DNA from: Deltaproteobacteria bacterium
GTDB lineage: Bacteria > Desulfobacterota > GWC2-55-46
Direction of reading: 5' to 3'
NCBI GenBank assembly: GCA_016235365.1
Contig: JACRLF010000026.1
Span: 1 to 46,303 of the forward strand
DNA length: 46,303 bases
The notes under the pieces were generated by a model. It had not been told where the DNA came from, did not search any database, and saw only the letters and a list, made by a program, of their open reading frames with translations. Of the stretch, positions 26,384-35,913 are shown piece by piece. How positions within the stretch are numbered: the stretch's first letter is position 1; the number at the start of each line of letters is the position of its first letter. Both the position numbers and the translations under genes were made by a program.

Positions 26384-27490
26384 CTAATCAAAGCCCCATA
26401 GGCCTTTCATGTCTATCTCCGTGCGGATCTCGGCTTTATGGACGTTTTCCGCTATCGCGAACTCTTTTAGGGAGCAATCCCTGGGCGCCGGGGGCGACAG
26501 GCGCTTGCCGTTCGCCCTCATGATGCTGTGGACGACCGGGCAATGTGCCTTTTCCCCGCGGTGCGTGACTATCGCGATCTCGTTATTGACGAGCTTGACA
26601 AAGCTCCCCGGCGGATATATGCCCATCTTTTTGATAGTCAGGTGCGCCAGCTTCTCTCCCACGCGGTTGTTGCATTTCAAGTATATCTCCTTCATCGCCA
26701 TGTCCGCGCTCAATGGAGAACGGTATTTGCGCCCCGATATCATGGCGCAGTAAAAATCGCCGATGGAGATGATGCGCGGGAAGAGGGTGATCCCGTCGCC
26801 ATTCAAGCCGTGAGGGTATCCGGTCCCGTCTATCGATTCGTGATGATATAGCACCCCGTCAAGCCACTTCCGGTCGGTCACGCCCCTGTTCCGCAGCATC
26901 GCCACCCCTCTTTCGGGGTGAGTGCGTATCCACTTCCTTTGTTCGTAATGTAACGGGGCCTGTTGGGCATACAGTTCATCCTGTAACGAAATTATGGCGA
27001 TGTTCATGGTCAAGGCCGCCGATAGGAGCGGCAGCCGTTCTTCCTCCGGCAACTCCAGGGCCCTCGATATGACTTCACAGAAGAGCGCCGTATAGATGGG
27101 GTGAGTTATCGAATACCTGGTCTCCTTGCCGATAAAGAGGGTGGCAAGGGCCGCGTCCGTATCTATATCGCACGCCTTCCGGAGCATACCGCAGGCAATC
27201 AAGACCGCGTCCAGGTCCTTCACGGTCTCTATCTCATCGAATAGGCGCGCCATGACCCTTTCCACCGATAGGATCAACCGGAACGGGGACTCCGCATCCT
27301 CCTCCTGCGGATATGTGTCTTCTCCAATGTCTTTCCGGAACAGCCCTCGGCTTATAAGGAAATCAAGCTGGCGTTCCGCCACGATAATATAACCCTTGTT
27401 GATCAGCAGTCTCCTGTTCCTGTCGAATACGTCCCACCTGATAGGCTCGCCAAGGGGGATATCGCTCTTGCACAGACGTATCAGCCTCAT
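26384..27490 (-). CDS. HD-GYP domain protein (putative c-di-GMP phosphodiesterase)
   Basis: HHESIDGTGYPHGL (HD...GYP) motif in the C-terminal half. The N-terminal roughly 130 aa are unassigned. Confidence 0.85.
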   Translation of the reverse strand: MRLIRLCKSDIPLGEPIRWDVFDRNRRLLINKGYIIVAERQLDFLISRGLFRKDIGEDTYPQEEDAESPFRLILSVERVMARLFDEIETVKDLDAVLIACGMLRKACDIDTDAALATLFIGKETRYSITHPIYTALFCEVISRALELPEEERLPLLSAALTMNIAIISLQDELYAQQAPLHYEQRKWIRTHPERGVAMLRNRGVTDRKWLDGVLYHHESIDGTGYPHGLNGDGITLFPRIISIGDFYCAMISGRKYRSPLSADMAMKEIYLKCNNRVGEKLAHLTIKKMGIYPPGSFVKLVNNEIAIVTHRGEKAHCPVVHSIMRANGKRLSPPAPRDCSLKEFAIAENVHKAEIRTEIDMKGLWGFD

Positions 27491-27586
27491 GTCCAGGTCT
27501 CGTAGATCAAGAGATTTTGCGCATCATCACCATGCGGGTCCAAAAGCCGGGCACGACCGGGTTATCACGATTCCATCGCTACAGTC

Positions 27587-27621
27587 AATAAAAAAGGGGT
27601 CGGCCCTTTCGGGCCGACCCC
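27587..27621 (-). terminator. Rho-independent terminator downstream of tRNA-Ala
   Basis: Minus-strand reading is GGGGTCGGCCC-GAAA-GGGCCGACCCC followed by TTTTTTATT, an 11-bp GC stem with a GNRA loop. Confidence 0.85.
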
Positions 27622-27631
27622 TTGATTTTTC

Positions 27632-27707
27632 TGGTGGAGGGTACCGGGATCGAACCGGTGGCCTGCTGATTGCGAACCAGCCGCTCTCCCATCTGAGCTA
27701 ACCCCCC
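27632..27707 (-). tRNA. tRNA-Ala (anticodon CGC), CCA encoded
   Basis: Hand-folded 76-nt cloverleaf: GGGGGGT/TA/GCTC-AGATGGGA-GAGC/G/GCTGG-TTCGCAA-TCAGC/AGGCC/ACCGG-TTCGATC-CCGGT/ACCCTCC/A/CCA. It has the G3:U70 alanine identity pair and anticodon loop TT-CGC-AA. Confidence 0.9.
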
Positions 27708-27849
27708 CTCCCTTATTACGGCCCGCCCGATAACATTACCAGGCAGGCGGCGGTTAACCCCATTTTTTTAACAAAAAAAACGAATTATCGCAAGGAAAGA
27801 ATTTTTAAAAGGATATTTTCCGGGGAGGGGAGTCTGCTTGAAGAGCCTG

Positions 27850-29835
27850 TCAGACCTTTACCCTTATCGGAAGGATTACCGTCGTTATGCCGTCCCACTG
27901 AAGGCGCCGCTGGATCGCGAAGGCCGTTTCGTTGTGAAGCATCTTATGGTATATCTTTTCGAGGCGGAAGGTAAGCTGCCCGGTAAATACCGTTGACCTT
28001 GGGAATTTCGACGCAATCTCCTTGCATAAACGCTCCGCGTTCTCTACCACGTCGATTCCCACGGCCATGCGGTAATCCGCGGGGAAACCGAGCCTTCTGG
28101 CAAGCTCCACGTATTTCTCGAGGGAATCCTTGACGGATTCCTCCAGGGCCTTGACCTCGTTTGCGCCTTTGAACGAGCCTGAATCTATTACGGCGACGGA
28201 TGCGAAGGTGATCTGTTTGGTCTGGGGGAAGTTTGTAAGTATCGAAAGGAGCGTATGCACGCCGAACCCGTTATACCCGGATACGAGCTGGATGGCGGTC
28301 ATATCGTCATGGTTTAAAGGCTTGTCATTTACGGGGCCGAATACCGGAAGGTTCAGGAGCGTCTCATCGAGCTGGGAGACGCCCTGCTGGACTTTATCGT
28401 AGTGGCCTCGGATAAGGTAGCACCCGCCTATTACAACTGTCGTTATAATAAGAGTGACCCATCCACCCTCGGTAAATTTTTCAAAGATGGTTACGAGCAG
28501 TATGGTGACGCAGAGTATGAGCCCTATGATGTGGACGCTCAAATGTTGTTTCCACTTCTTGTCGGTGCGCCGGTGGCTGATGTAGAAGTGCGACATGCCG
28601 AGTTCTGAAAGTGAGAAGGTCAGGAAGACGTTTATAGAGTACATTACAACGAGGCCCGAGACCGAGCCGTGGGTATAAATAAGGAGCGCCAAGGCCGATA
28701 CCCCCATAAGAATAATGCCGTTCTGCATGCTAAGCCTCTCGGAGAGGGCGGCAAAACGGTGGGGGAACCATGAGTCTATGGCCATGTTCGACATGACCCT
28801 GGGGCCGTCTATAAAACCCGCCTGGGCCGCCACCAACAGTATCGCGCCTTCGGAAAATATCGTTATAAACGATATCCAGCTCCCGGCCGGCCAGTGTCCG
28901 AAGAGCGCGTCCGCAAGGACTGCGTTAAGGGTGCGTCCTTCCTCGGGCCTTACTCCCATGAGCGAATAGACGATAAAAAGAATCCCGGCGGTAAAGGCGA
29001 GGGAGACGGCCATGTACATCATCGTGCGTTTGCCGGTCTGCACCCGCGGCTCCTTCATTATCTGAAGCCCGTTGGACACGGCCTCGATACCCGTATAAGT
29101 GCCCCCTCCGAGGGAGTAGGCCCGGAGAATGAGCGCCAGGACCCCGAAGAATCCGATTGTTTTAAGATCATGGTTAAGGTTTGTGTGAAAATCGCTTATG
29201 ATTACGGCGGATTGGTCGTAGTGGATTGCTACGGCGTAGGAGAGCATAACGAAGTGAGTGATTATAAATACAAAAAATATCGGGGCAAGCACGGAGATGG
29301 ATTCCTTTACACCCCTGATATTAAGAATAATGAGCAGTATTATAAGAAAGGACGCGAACGCTACTTTGAATTTATGGAACTCCATCGGCAGGAAACTGAA
29401 TATCGCGGCGGCACAGGCGGCGGTTGAGATGGTTATCGTCAAAATGTAGTCCACAAGGAGGGCGCTTCCGGAGACAACGCCGGCCTTTTTCCCGAGCATG
29501 TGGGTTGAGACGATATATCCGCCGCCGCCGTAAGGGAAGTGCTCTATGATCCTTGAGTAGGCGTAGGAGATTATGAATACCGTAAGCGCCGTGGCAAGGC
29601 CCAGGAAAAGCGACAGATAGGTGTGGCTCCCGAGGGCGCGGAAGGCTTCTTCAGGGCCGTATGCCGAAGACGAAAGGCCGTCTGCCCCGAGACCTATCCA
29701 CGCAAGAAGCGGTATGAGGGCCATCTTGGGGAAAATATGCGGATCAGTGATAGACTTGGGTGCGCCGAGTATTGAGCGCGTCGTTTTTTTAAATAAACCG
29801 GGTTTTTCTTCAGGAACATCCCCGTTTCCGTTCAT
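27850..29835 (-). CDS. APC-superfamily permease with C-terminal cytoplasmic domain
   Basis: About 12 TM helices in the first roughly 450 aa (GADGLSSSAYGPEE motif typical of APC family members), then a soluble tail of about 200 aa. Confidence 0.8.
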   Translation of the reverse strand: MNGNGDVPEEKPGLFKKTTRSILGAPKSITDPHIFPKMALIPLLAWIGLGADGLSSSAYGPEEAFRALGSHTYLSLFLGLATALTVFIISYAYSRIIEHFPYGGGGYIVSTHMLGKKAGVVSGSALLVDYILTITISTAACAAAIFSFLPMEFHKFKVAFASFLIILLIILNIRGVKESISVLAPIFFVFIITHFVMLSYAVAIHYDQSAVIISDFHTNLNHDLKTIGFFGVLALILRAYSLGGGTYTGIEAVSNGLQIMKEPRVQTGKRTMMYMAVSLAFTAGILFIVYSLMGVRPEEGRTLNAVLADALFGHWPAGSWISFITIFSEGAILLVAAQAGFIDGPRVMSNMAIDSWFPHRFAALSERLSMQNGIILMGVSALALLIYTHGSVSGLVVMYSINVFLTFSLSELGMSHFYISHRRTDKKWKQHLSVHIIGLILCVTILLVTIFEKFTEGGWVTLIITTVVIGGCYLIRGHYDKVQQGVSQLDETLLNLPVFGPVNDKPLNHDDMTAIQLVSGYNGFGVHTLLSILTNFPQTKQITFASVAVIDSGSFKGANEVKALEESVKDSLEKYVELARRLGFPADYRMAVGIDVVENAERLCKEIASKFPRSTVFTGQLTFRLEKIYHKMLHNETAFAIQRRLQWDGITTVILPIRVKV

Positions 29836-29979
29836 GACAGTGTCGGCTCCTATATGAAGTTAATTATCAATGATACAGCATTTTACGTCTCCTCGGCAAG
29901 CACATTGTTGATCAATCGAGTTGCCGTCTTTGCGAGCGCGGCGTTGCAATTTCGACCCTAAATAAAACAATAAGTTAGT

Positions 29980-30044
29980 GATTGCCGCGTCGCTTATGTC
30001 CCTCGCAATGACGCTCAAAAAGGGGCTTTTCAGCAACCCGACAG
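29980..30044. repeat. Two adjacent repeat modules (GATTGC...GCAATGAC hairpin plus GGGGCTTTTCAGC motif)
   Basis: GATTGCCGCGTCGCTTATGTCCCTCGCAATGAC (29980-30012) has the same design as the GATGGGC...GCCCATCCTAC hairpins at 42015/42808. GGGGCTTTTCAGCAACCCGACAG (30022-30044) matches 13953-13976. Confidence 0.6.
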
Positions 30045-30063
30045 AACGATAGAGGCGTCTCCC

Positions 30064-31491
30064 TCATACATTGACGGCGAGCACCTTAAGCTCCGTCATC
30101 TCCTCTATCGCGTACCTTACGCCTTCCCTCCCGAACCCGCTCTGCTTCACCCCGCCGTAGGGCATATTATCGACCCTGTAGGTGGGTACGTCGTTTATTA
30201 TCACGCCCCCGACGTTCAGGCGCTCATATGCGTAAAAGACCCTTCCCATGTCCTTTGTGAAGACACCGGCCTGGAGGCCGTAGGCCCCCCGGTTCACCTC
30301 TTCCACCGCCCCTTCGAACGTATCATAGCTCTCAAGGGTCACTATCGGGGCAAAGACCTCCTCGGCGCAGACCTTCATCGAGGGTTTCGCGCCTGTCAGG
30401 ACCGTTGGCTCAAAGAGGCTACCCCTGCGCCCTCCTCCGATGAGCGCCTGGGCCCCTCCGGCCACGGCCTCTTTCACCCACTCCTCGGCCCTTAGCGCGG
30501 CCCCCTCCTCTATCATCGGGCCGACGTCCGTGGATTCATTCATCGGGTCGCCGAGCTTGAGCCCCCGGCATATCCCGATGAACGTGTCCTTGAACCGTTC
30601 GTATACGCTTTTTTCCACGTATATCCTCTGCACCGAGACGCATATCTGGCCGGCGTTCGAGAACGCGCCGATTGCGCACCTTTTCGCGGCGTAGTCGAGG
30701 TCCGCGTCCGAGTGGACTATGGCCCCGGCGTTCCCGCCGAGCTCGAGCGTTACCCTGCGGGTCCCGGCCCTGCCCTTGAGCATCCAGCCGACCTTCGCGC
30801 TCCCCGTAAAGCTCAACTTCCTTATCCTCTCGTCCTCAAAGAGCCAGCCGGTATCTTCATCCGGGCACAGGACGACGTTCACGCCGCCGTCAGGCCATCC
30901 GGCCTCGGTTATTATCTCGCCGAGCGCAATGGCCGTCAAAGGGGTCTTTATCGCAGGCTTAATTATTATCGGGTTGCCGCAGGCCATGGCCGGGGCCGCC
31001 TTGTGCGCCACGAGGTTCAAGGGGAAGTTAAACGGCGTTATGCCGAGCACCGGGCCTATGGGGAACCGCCTCACTATCCCGAACCTGCCCTCCGAGCCCG
31101 CGGCAAGGTCGAGCGGTATGACCTCCCCGCCGAGTCTCTTGGCCTCTTCAAGGGCTATCCGGAAGGTCGTGGCCGCCCTGTGTACCTCGACCCTGGCGTC
31201 TTTTATGGGTTTGCCGGCCTCAAGGGCTATGAGTCTTGCGAGTTCCTCCCTCCTAAACTCTATCCCCTCCACCACCTTGCGCAGAAGCTCGGCCTTCCTG
31301 TACGACGGAAGCCTTTTCAAGGCCTCAAACGCCTTTAGAGACCCCTCCACGGCCTCGTTCAGAAGCCCGCGGTCAGCGAAGTATGCAGTCCCTACAACGC
31401 TTCCGTCGTAGGGGCTTGCCACCATATGCTCCGAAGACGTCCGTACCCTTTTGCCGTTTATAAGGAGCTTGAATTCTTTCGTCATATCCAC
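30064..31491 (-). CDS. NAD(P)-dependent aldehyde dehydrogenase family protein
   Basis: ELGGNAG and GQICVSVQRIYV (catalytic Cys) motifs; 475 aa. Confidence 0.9.
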   Translation of the reverse strand: MDMTKEFKLLINGKRVRTSSEHMVASPYDGSVVGTAYFADRGLLNEAVEGSLKAFEALKRLPSYRKAELLRKVVEGIEFRREELARLIALEAGKPIKDARVEVHRAATTFRIALEEAKRLGGEVIPLDLAAGSEGRFGIVRRFPIGPVLGITPFNFPLNLVAHKAAPAMACGNPIIIKPAIKTPLTAIALGEIITEAGWPDGGVNVVLCPDEDTGWLFEDERIRKLSFTGSAKVGWMLKGRAGTRRVTLELGGNAGAIVHSDADLDYAAKRCAIGAFSNAGQICVSVQRIYVEKSVYERFKDTFIGICRGLKLGDPMNESTDVGPMIEEGAALRAEEWVKEAVAGGAQALIGGGRRGSLFEPTVLTGAKPSMKVCAEEVFAPIVTLESYDTFEGAVEEVNRGAYGLQAGVFTKDMGRVFYAYERLNVGGVIINDVPTYRVDNMPYGGVKQSGFGREGVRYAIEEMTELKVLAVNV

Positions 31492-31623
31492 CCTCCCAGG
31501 CGCACCTTTGCCTTCAACGCATGATGCAGGTCTATCCGCTTAATTAACCAGAAAAGCGGACCCCGGTCAAATCATTAGTTGAGGGGCGCTCCCGGCAGGC
31601 GATGGACAGGGGACGCAGGATGG

Positions 31624-33369
31624 ATGGAGGACAATATAATTGTCTTTAAGGGCCGCTGTGGTATAATGGTTCTTAATAATTACGGAGGGTCTCGCATAGC
31701 ACAGGTACACGGAAATCTCCTCGGGCTCAAGCCGAGCCAGATAAAAAGCCTTGAGCGCATCTACAACCGCCGCATACCGCCCTCACTCGTCATCACGCCG
31801 GAACTCGGCAGATACCTCGCGGGCCTTTCAAGGGAAATAAACAGGCAGATAGGCGTCATCGTCAACCGCAAGGGCGCGATAGTCTGCGCCATAGTGGGGA
31901 ATGAAAAGGAGATAGTCATCCCGGCGCTCTCCGACTATCCGCTCGGCAGAAGGCATCTGCGCGGGCTGCGCTGCGTCCACACCCACCTCAAAAGCGAGCC
32001 GCTCACCCAGGACGACCTGACCGACCTCGCGCTCCTGCGGCTCGATATGATGGCCGTTGTCGGCGTCCTTGAGGACGGCCTGCCGGGCGACATCCATGCG
32101 GCGCACCTCCTGCCTTATAACCCGGAGGGCGCGACATACACGGTGGAGCCTCCCGTCTCATTTCACCGTTTTGACGTGGATTTTCAGGGGTTCATAACGT
32201 CGCTTGAGCAGGAGATTGGCAGGGCCATCCTGAGGGACGTCAGGGACGAGCGCGAGCGGGCCATACTCGTAAGCGTATCGACGAGGCACAGGGACGAGCA
32301 GATGGAGTCCCTTCAAGAGCTGAAGGAGCTTGCCAGGACAAGCAACGTCGTGGTACTCGATTCGCTATGCCAGAGGCCCGACAGGATAAACCCCAAGTAC
32401 CTGATGGGAACCGGCAAGATAAAGGAGCTCATAATAAAGGCCCTTCAAAAGGAGGCCACCCTCCTCATATTCGACCAGGAGCTGACCCCCACGCAGGTGA
32501 GGGAGATAGGCGACATAACCGAGCTCAAGGTTATAGACAGGACCCAGCTCATCCTCGACATATTCGCGAGCCGGGCGCATTCGCGGGACGGCAAGGTCCA
32601 GGTGGAGCTCGCCCAGCTTAAGTACCTGCTCCCTAAGCTCACCGGCAGGTCCGCCTCTTTATCGAGGCTCATGGGAGGCATCGGGGGAAGGGGCCCCGGA
32701 GAAACGAAGCTCGAGGTCGACAGACGAAGGGTATCCGACAGGATAGCCCACCTCGAGAAGGAATTAAAGTCCTTGAGCCGCGGCAGGTTCCAGAGGAGGC
32801 GGAGGAGGGCGGAGAGCGGGGTGCCGATAATCTCCATCGTCGGGTATACGAACGCCGGTAAATCGACCCTCTTGAACGCACTTACAAAGAGTTCGACCCT
32901 CGTTGAGGACAAGCTTTTTGCAACGCTCGATACGGCATCGAGGCGCCTCCGGTTCCCGAGGGAGAGGGACGCGGTCATCACCGACACCGTCGGCTTCATA
33001 AAGGACCTTCCCAAAGACCTTTTCAAGGCTTTCAAGTCCACGCTCGAGGAGATGGAGGACGCCGACCTGCTGATACACCTCGTCGACCTCGGCAGCCCCA
33101 TCTTCGAGGCACGGATAGCAACGGTGGAGAAGCTCCTCGACGAGATAGGGCTTGCTTCCATACCGAGGATACTGGTATTCAACAAGGCCGACCTCGTAGA
33201 CCGGACGATTGCCCGGAACCTCGCCAGGAGGTTCGACGCGGTCTTGATATCCGCCGTGGACCCCGCGACGCTAAACGGCCTTTTAAAGGGGCTTGAGGCG
33301 CGGCTCTGGCCTGAGGAGGCCGTGGAAGGGGAGGGGTACGCCGGGGCAAAGGGGATAGAGGGAGGTTAA
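31624..33369 (+). CDS. hflX: GTPase HflX with an N-terminal extension of about 200 aa
   Basis: HflX N-domain (RAILVSV...LIFDQELTPTQVREI...IDRTQLILDIFASRA), linker (ELAQLKYLLPKL) and G-domain (GYTNAGKSTLLNAL, DTVGF, NKAD). The start is uncertain: the ORF opens at TTG 31579, with ATGs at 31624 and 31666. Confidence 0.9.
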   Translation: MEDNIIVFKGRCGIMVLNNYGGSRIAQVHGNLLGLKPSQIKSLERIYNRRIPPSLVITPELGRYLAGLSREINRQIGVIVNRKGAIVCAIVGNEKEIVIPALSDYPLGRRHLRGLRCVHTHLKSEPLTQDDLTDLALLRLDMMAVVGVLEDGLPGDIHAAHLLPYNPEGATYTVEPPVSFHRFDVDFQGFITSLEQEIGRAILRDVRDERERAILVSVSTRHRDEQMESLQELKELARTSNVVVLDSLCQRPDRINPKYLMGTGKIKELIIKALQKEATLLIFDQELTPTQVREIGDITELKVIDRTQLILDIFASRAHSRDGKVQVELAQLKYLLPKLTGRSASLSRLMGGIGGRGPGETKLEVDRRRVSDRIAHLEKELKSLSRGRFQRRRRRAESGVPIISIVGYTNAGKSTLLNALTKSSTLVEDKLFATLDTASRRLRFPRERDAVITDTVGFIKDLPKDLFKAFKSTLEEMEDADLLIHLVDLGSPIFEARIATVEKLLDEIGLASIPRILVFNKADLVDRTIARNLARRFDAVLISAVDPATLNGLLKGLEARLWPEEAVEGEGYAGAKGIEGG

Positions 33370-33415
33370 GGGACTTGACGGGAGGGGAAGCCGGTAGAGG
33401 GGGGGGGAGAATCGA

Positions 33416-33488
33416 GTAGAGGCGGGCGGGGCTCACGGACTGCACCAATATGTTTGTTGGGTTGCGCTTTGCGTAACCTAACCTCTAC
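33416..33488. repeat. REP-like 73-nt unit with GTAGAGG...CCTCTAC termini, left edge of low-GC island A
   Basis: GTAGAGGCGGGCGGGG...TTGGGTTGCGCTTTGCGTAACCTAACCTCTAC. The hairpin GTTGGGTT-gcgctttgcg-TAACCTAAC is related to 42015-42084. A further GTAGAGG lies at 33396. Confidence 0.65.
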
Positions 33489-33558
33489 TGGCCAAAGTGA
33501 AGGGGAGTGTGTTAATTGTAGTTAACGAGGTATTGCGAGCATCGGAGGGAAATTCGAA

Positions 33559-35076
33559 ATGAAATACAAAAAGAGTTCCCTTGAGTCGAATCCATTGTTC
33601 GGAGATCTCCCCCTTGAGTTGTCCGGAAATATTAGTGCAATGAATCCATGGTGGCGATCTGAGGCGGCTATTCCGTCTCCGGCTTTTCATCGATGGCCCT
33701 TTGAACGCGTCCTGCGGACTCTCAAACAGGGGTTGACGCCGGCCACCGTGCTGCGCGGCCCAAGGCGCATAGGCAAAACGATTTTGCTTCAGCAGGCAAT
33801 CCAATTCCTCTTGAAGGAGGGCGTGGAGCCCAATCGTATTCTCTATGTTGCCTTTGACGAGTTGCCTACCCTGCGCGGAATACGGGAGCCGGTGCTGGCC
33901 ATTTCCAGATGGTTCGAACGCAATATTCTGAAAACCACATTCAATGCAACGGCCAGCGCGGGTAAACCCGCCTTTCTGTTTATGGATGAGGTCCAGAATC
34001 TCGATGCATGGGCTCCGCAAGTCAAAAATCTGGTGGATAATCAGGCAGTTCGCTCCATGGTGACCGGCAGTTCCTCCCTTCGTATCGAGGCCGGGCGGGA
34101 TAGTTTGGCTGGACGCGTCACTACCATTGACATGGGGCCCTTGCTCCTCAGGGAGATTTCCGAACTCCGATACGGCATATCGCTGGCGCCGATGTGGGGC
34201 GATAACGGTTTGGATAAACTGACCGATTTTGCTTTCTGGGAAAAAGCTGTTAGGCGTGCAAAAGAGGAAACGGAAATCCGTCTTAAGGCGTTTAAATCCT
34301 TCTCTGAGCGCGGTGGCTACCCTATAGCTCAGGAAAAGCACGATACGCCGTGGCATGAACTCGCTGATTATTTAAACGAAACCGTCATCCGGCGAGCGAT
34401 TCAGCACGACCTGCGGATGGGGCCAAGAGGCCAGAAGCGTGACGAAAAGCTCCTCGAGGAGGTCTTTCGCTTGTGTTGTCGGTACGCCGGCCAGGCTGCC
34501 GGACAATCCGCCTTCGTGCCGGAAATCCAGCAGGCGCTTGCCGGCAACATAGGCTGGCACAGGGTGCTGACTTATCTTCGGTTTCTTGACGGCACATTGC
34601 TTTTGCGCCTGATCCCACCTATTGAACTGCGCCTCAAGCGCAAGAAGGCGCCGGCGAAAGTGTGCCTCTCCGATCACTCTTTACGGGCCAGCTGGCTGCA
34701 GGAGATCGTCCCTCTAGACTCCAAAGGCTTGACGGACAACCCGCATTTGACCGACCTTGCCGGTCATCTTGCGGAAAGCGTTCTGGGCTATTTTCTCGCA
34801 TCGATACCCAGCCTCGATGTCGCGTATTTTCCAGCCCGCGGCGCGGAGCCGGAGGTGGATTTCGTTATTACGATAGGAACGCGCCGAATCCCAATTGAGG
34901 TCAAATATCGCAAACGAATTGACCCATTGGATGACACCAAAGGATTGCGTGCCTTTTTGGAGAAAACCGTCTATAATGCGCCGTTAGGCATCCTCATAAC
35001 ATTGGAGGACGATGTTGTCATTCCCGATCCGCGCATAATTCCAATATCGCTGTCAGCTTTTCTCTGGACAAGATAG
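33559..35076 (+). CDS. AAA_14/DUF4143-type ATP-binding protein (ATPase plus C-terminal nuclease-like module)
   Basis: NPWW motif, Walker A GPRRIGKT, Walker B FLFMDEVQ, and C-terminal EVDFVI...IPIEVKYRK (PD-(D/E)xK-like). Codon usage (CGC/CGT, ATT, CTG) and lower GC differ from the neighbouring host genes. Confidence 0.85.
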   Translation: MKYKKSSLESNPLFGDLPLELSGNISAMNPWWRSEAAIPSPAFHRWPFERVLRTLKQGLTPATVLRGPRRIGKTILLQQAIQFLLKEGVEPNRILYVAFDELPTLRGIREPVLAISRWFERNILKTTFNATASAGKPAFLFMDEVQNLDAWAPQVKNLVDNQAVRSMVTGSSSLRIEAGRDSLAGRVTTIDMGPLLLREISELRYGISLAPMWGDNGLDKLTDFAFWEKAVRRAKEETEIRLKAFKSFSERGGYPIAQEKHDTPWHELADYLNETVIRRAIQHDLRMGPRGQKRDEKLLEEVFRLCCRYAGQAAGQSAFVPEIQQALAGNIGWHRVLTYLRFLDGTLLLRLIPPIELRLKRKKAPAKVCLSDHSLRASWLQEIVPLDSKGLTDNPHLTDLAGHLAESVLGYFLASIPSLDVAYFPARGAEPEVDFVITIGTRRIPIEVKYRKRIDPLDDTKGLRAFLEKTVYNAPLGILITLEDDVVIPDPRIIPISLSAFLWTR

Positions 35077-35085
35077 GGGGGTGTA

Positions 35086-35118
35086 CTGGCAGGAGTTACC
35101 TCCTGCCAGCACTTTTTT
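35086..35118 (+). terminator. Rho-independent terminator after the ATPase gene
   Basis: CTGGCAGGAG-TTAC-CTCCTGCCAG followed by CACTTTTTT. Confidence 0.85.
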
Positions 35119-35493
35119 GAGCGCGGGGGCTAAACTTGCCGTCAGGAGGAAACTCCCGACGGCACTGAAAACTTTCGGAGGGAACCACATCTCTACGGAG
35201 GTGCGACAATTTGCGCATTTTATGCAGGCGTCACACTTTTGCGCATCTCGGTTTTGGTCAAAGTCCACATGGCGGAGTTTGGTCAATTGCTACCGCCTCC
35301 TCAACACCCGCACCTTCATATCCGGTAGTATGTTCACGCCTTCAGCTAAAGTTTCGTTGGGCTGTCTCCGATAAATTGGATAGCGGCGGATGTTAACGGC
35401 TTATTGAGCCGAATGAAACCCGGCAGGGCTTAAGACCCCGGGGTTTTAAGAACGTTGGAAAAGTATCCAAAAATTCTATTAAGGAGGGCTATT

Positions 35494-35898
35494 ATGGGCT
35501 TAATATGGACAGCATCATTGGCGACAGGGGTGGATTGGCAGGATAGTCAGCATAAAGATCTGTTCTGTAAGATCAATGAATTCATAGAAGCAATAAATAG
35601 AGGGAAGACACAGGGTGATCTGCTCGGACTGTTTAATTTCCTGAGCAATTACGTGAGGACGCACTTCAAGCAGGAAGAGGTTGCGATGGATAAGCACGGT
35701 TATCCCGGGACTGTGGCCCATAAGGCGTTGCATAAGACTTTTATGGACAATCTAAGCGTGTTGCAGAAAGGATTGAGAGAACAGGAAGACATCCATAAAT
35801 TGACGATGCAGGCGAGGAAACTGCTTTCTGACTGGTTCTATGACCATGTTGCAAAGATGGACAAGAATCTTGGCGGCTTTCTCGTAACCAAGAGATAA
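35494..35898 (+). CDS. Bacteriohemerythrin-like metal-binding protein
   Basis: ATG lies 7 nt after AAGGAGG. GVDWQDSQHKDLFCKINEF...HFKQEEVAMDKHGYP...HKALHKTF...DHV contains the H, HxxxE, HxxxH and HxxxxD hemerythrin ligand pattern. Low GC. Confidence 0.85.
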   Translation: MGLIWTASLATGVDWQDSQHKDLFCKINEFIEAINRGKTQGDLLGLFNFLSNYVRTHFKQEEVAMDKHGYPGTVAHKALHKTFMDNLSVLQKGLREQEDIHKLTMQARKLLSDWFYDHVAKMDKNLGGFLVTKR

Positions 35899-35913
35899 TC
35901 CCCGGAGTCCATG

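Noticed and set aside
25310-29835. A possible functional module linking MscS, HD-GYP, tRNA-Ala and the APC permease (osmotic or second-messenger island).
   Set aside because: The genes are separated by a tRNA with its own terminator. There are no repeat boundaries or clear compositional break, and there is no known functional coupling. This is ordinary chromosomal context as far as the sequence shows.
35053-35286. Minus-strand 77-aa ORF with a CxxCxxCxxC motif (MTKLRHVDFDQNRDAQKCDACIKCANC...) in the gap between the ATPase and hemerythrin genes.
   Set aside because: It has no SD, and its 3' half is the reverse complement of the ATPase terminator hairpin and the end of the ATPase gene. At best it is a gene fragment. 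The overlapping plus-strand ORFs (35081..35374, 35211..35396) are equally unconvincing.
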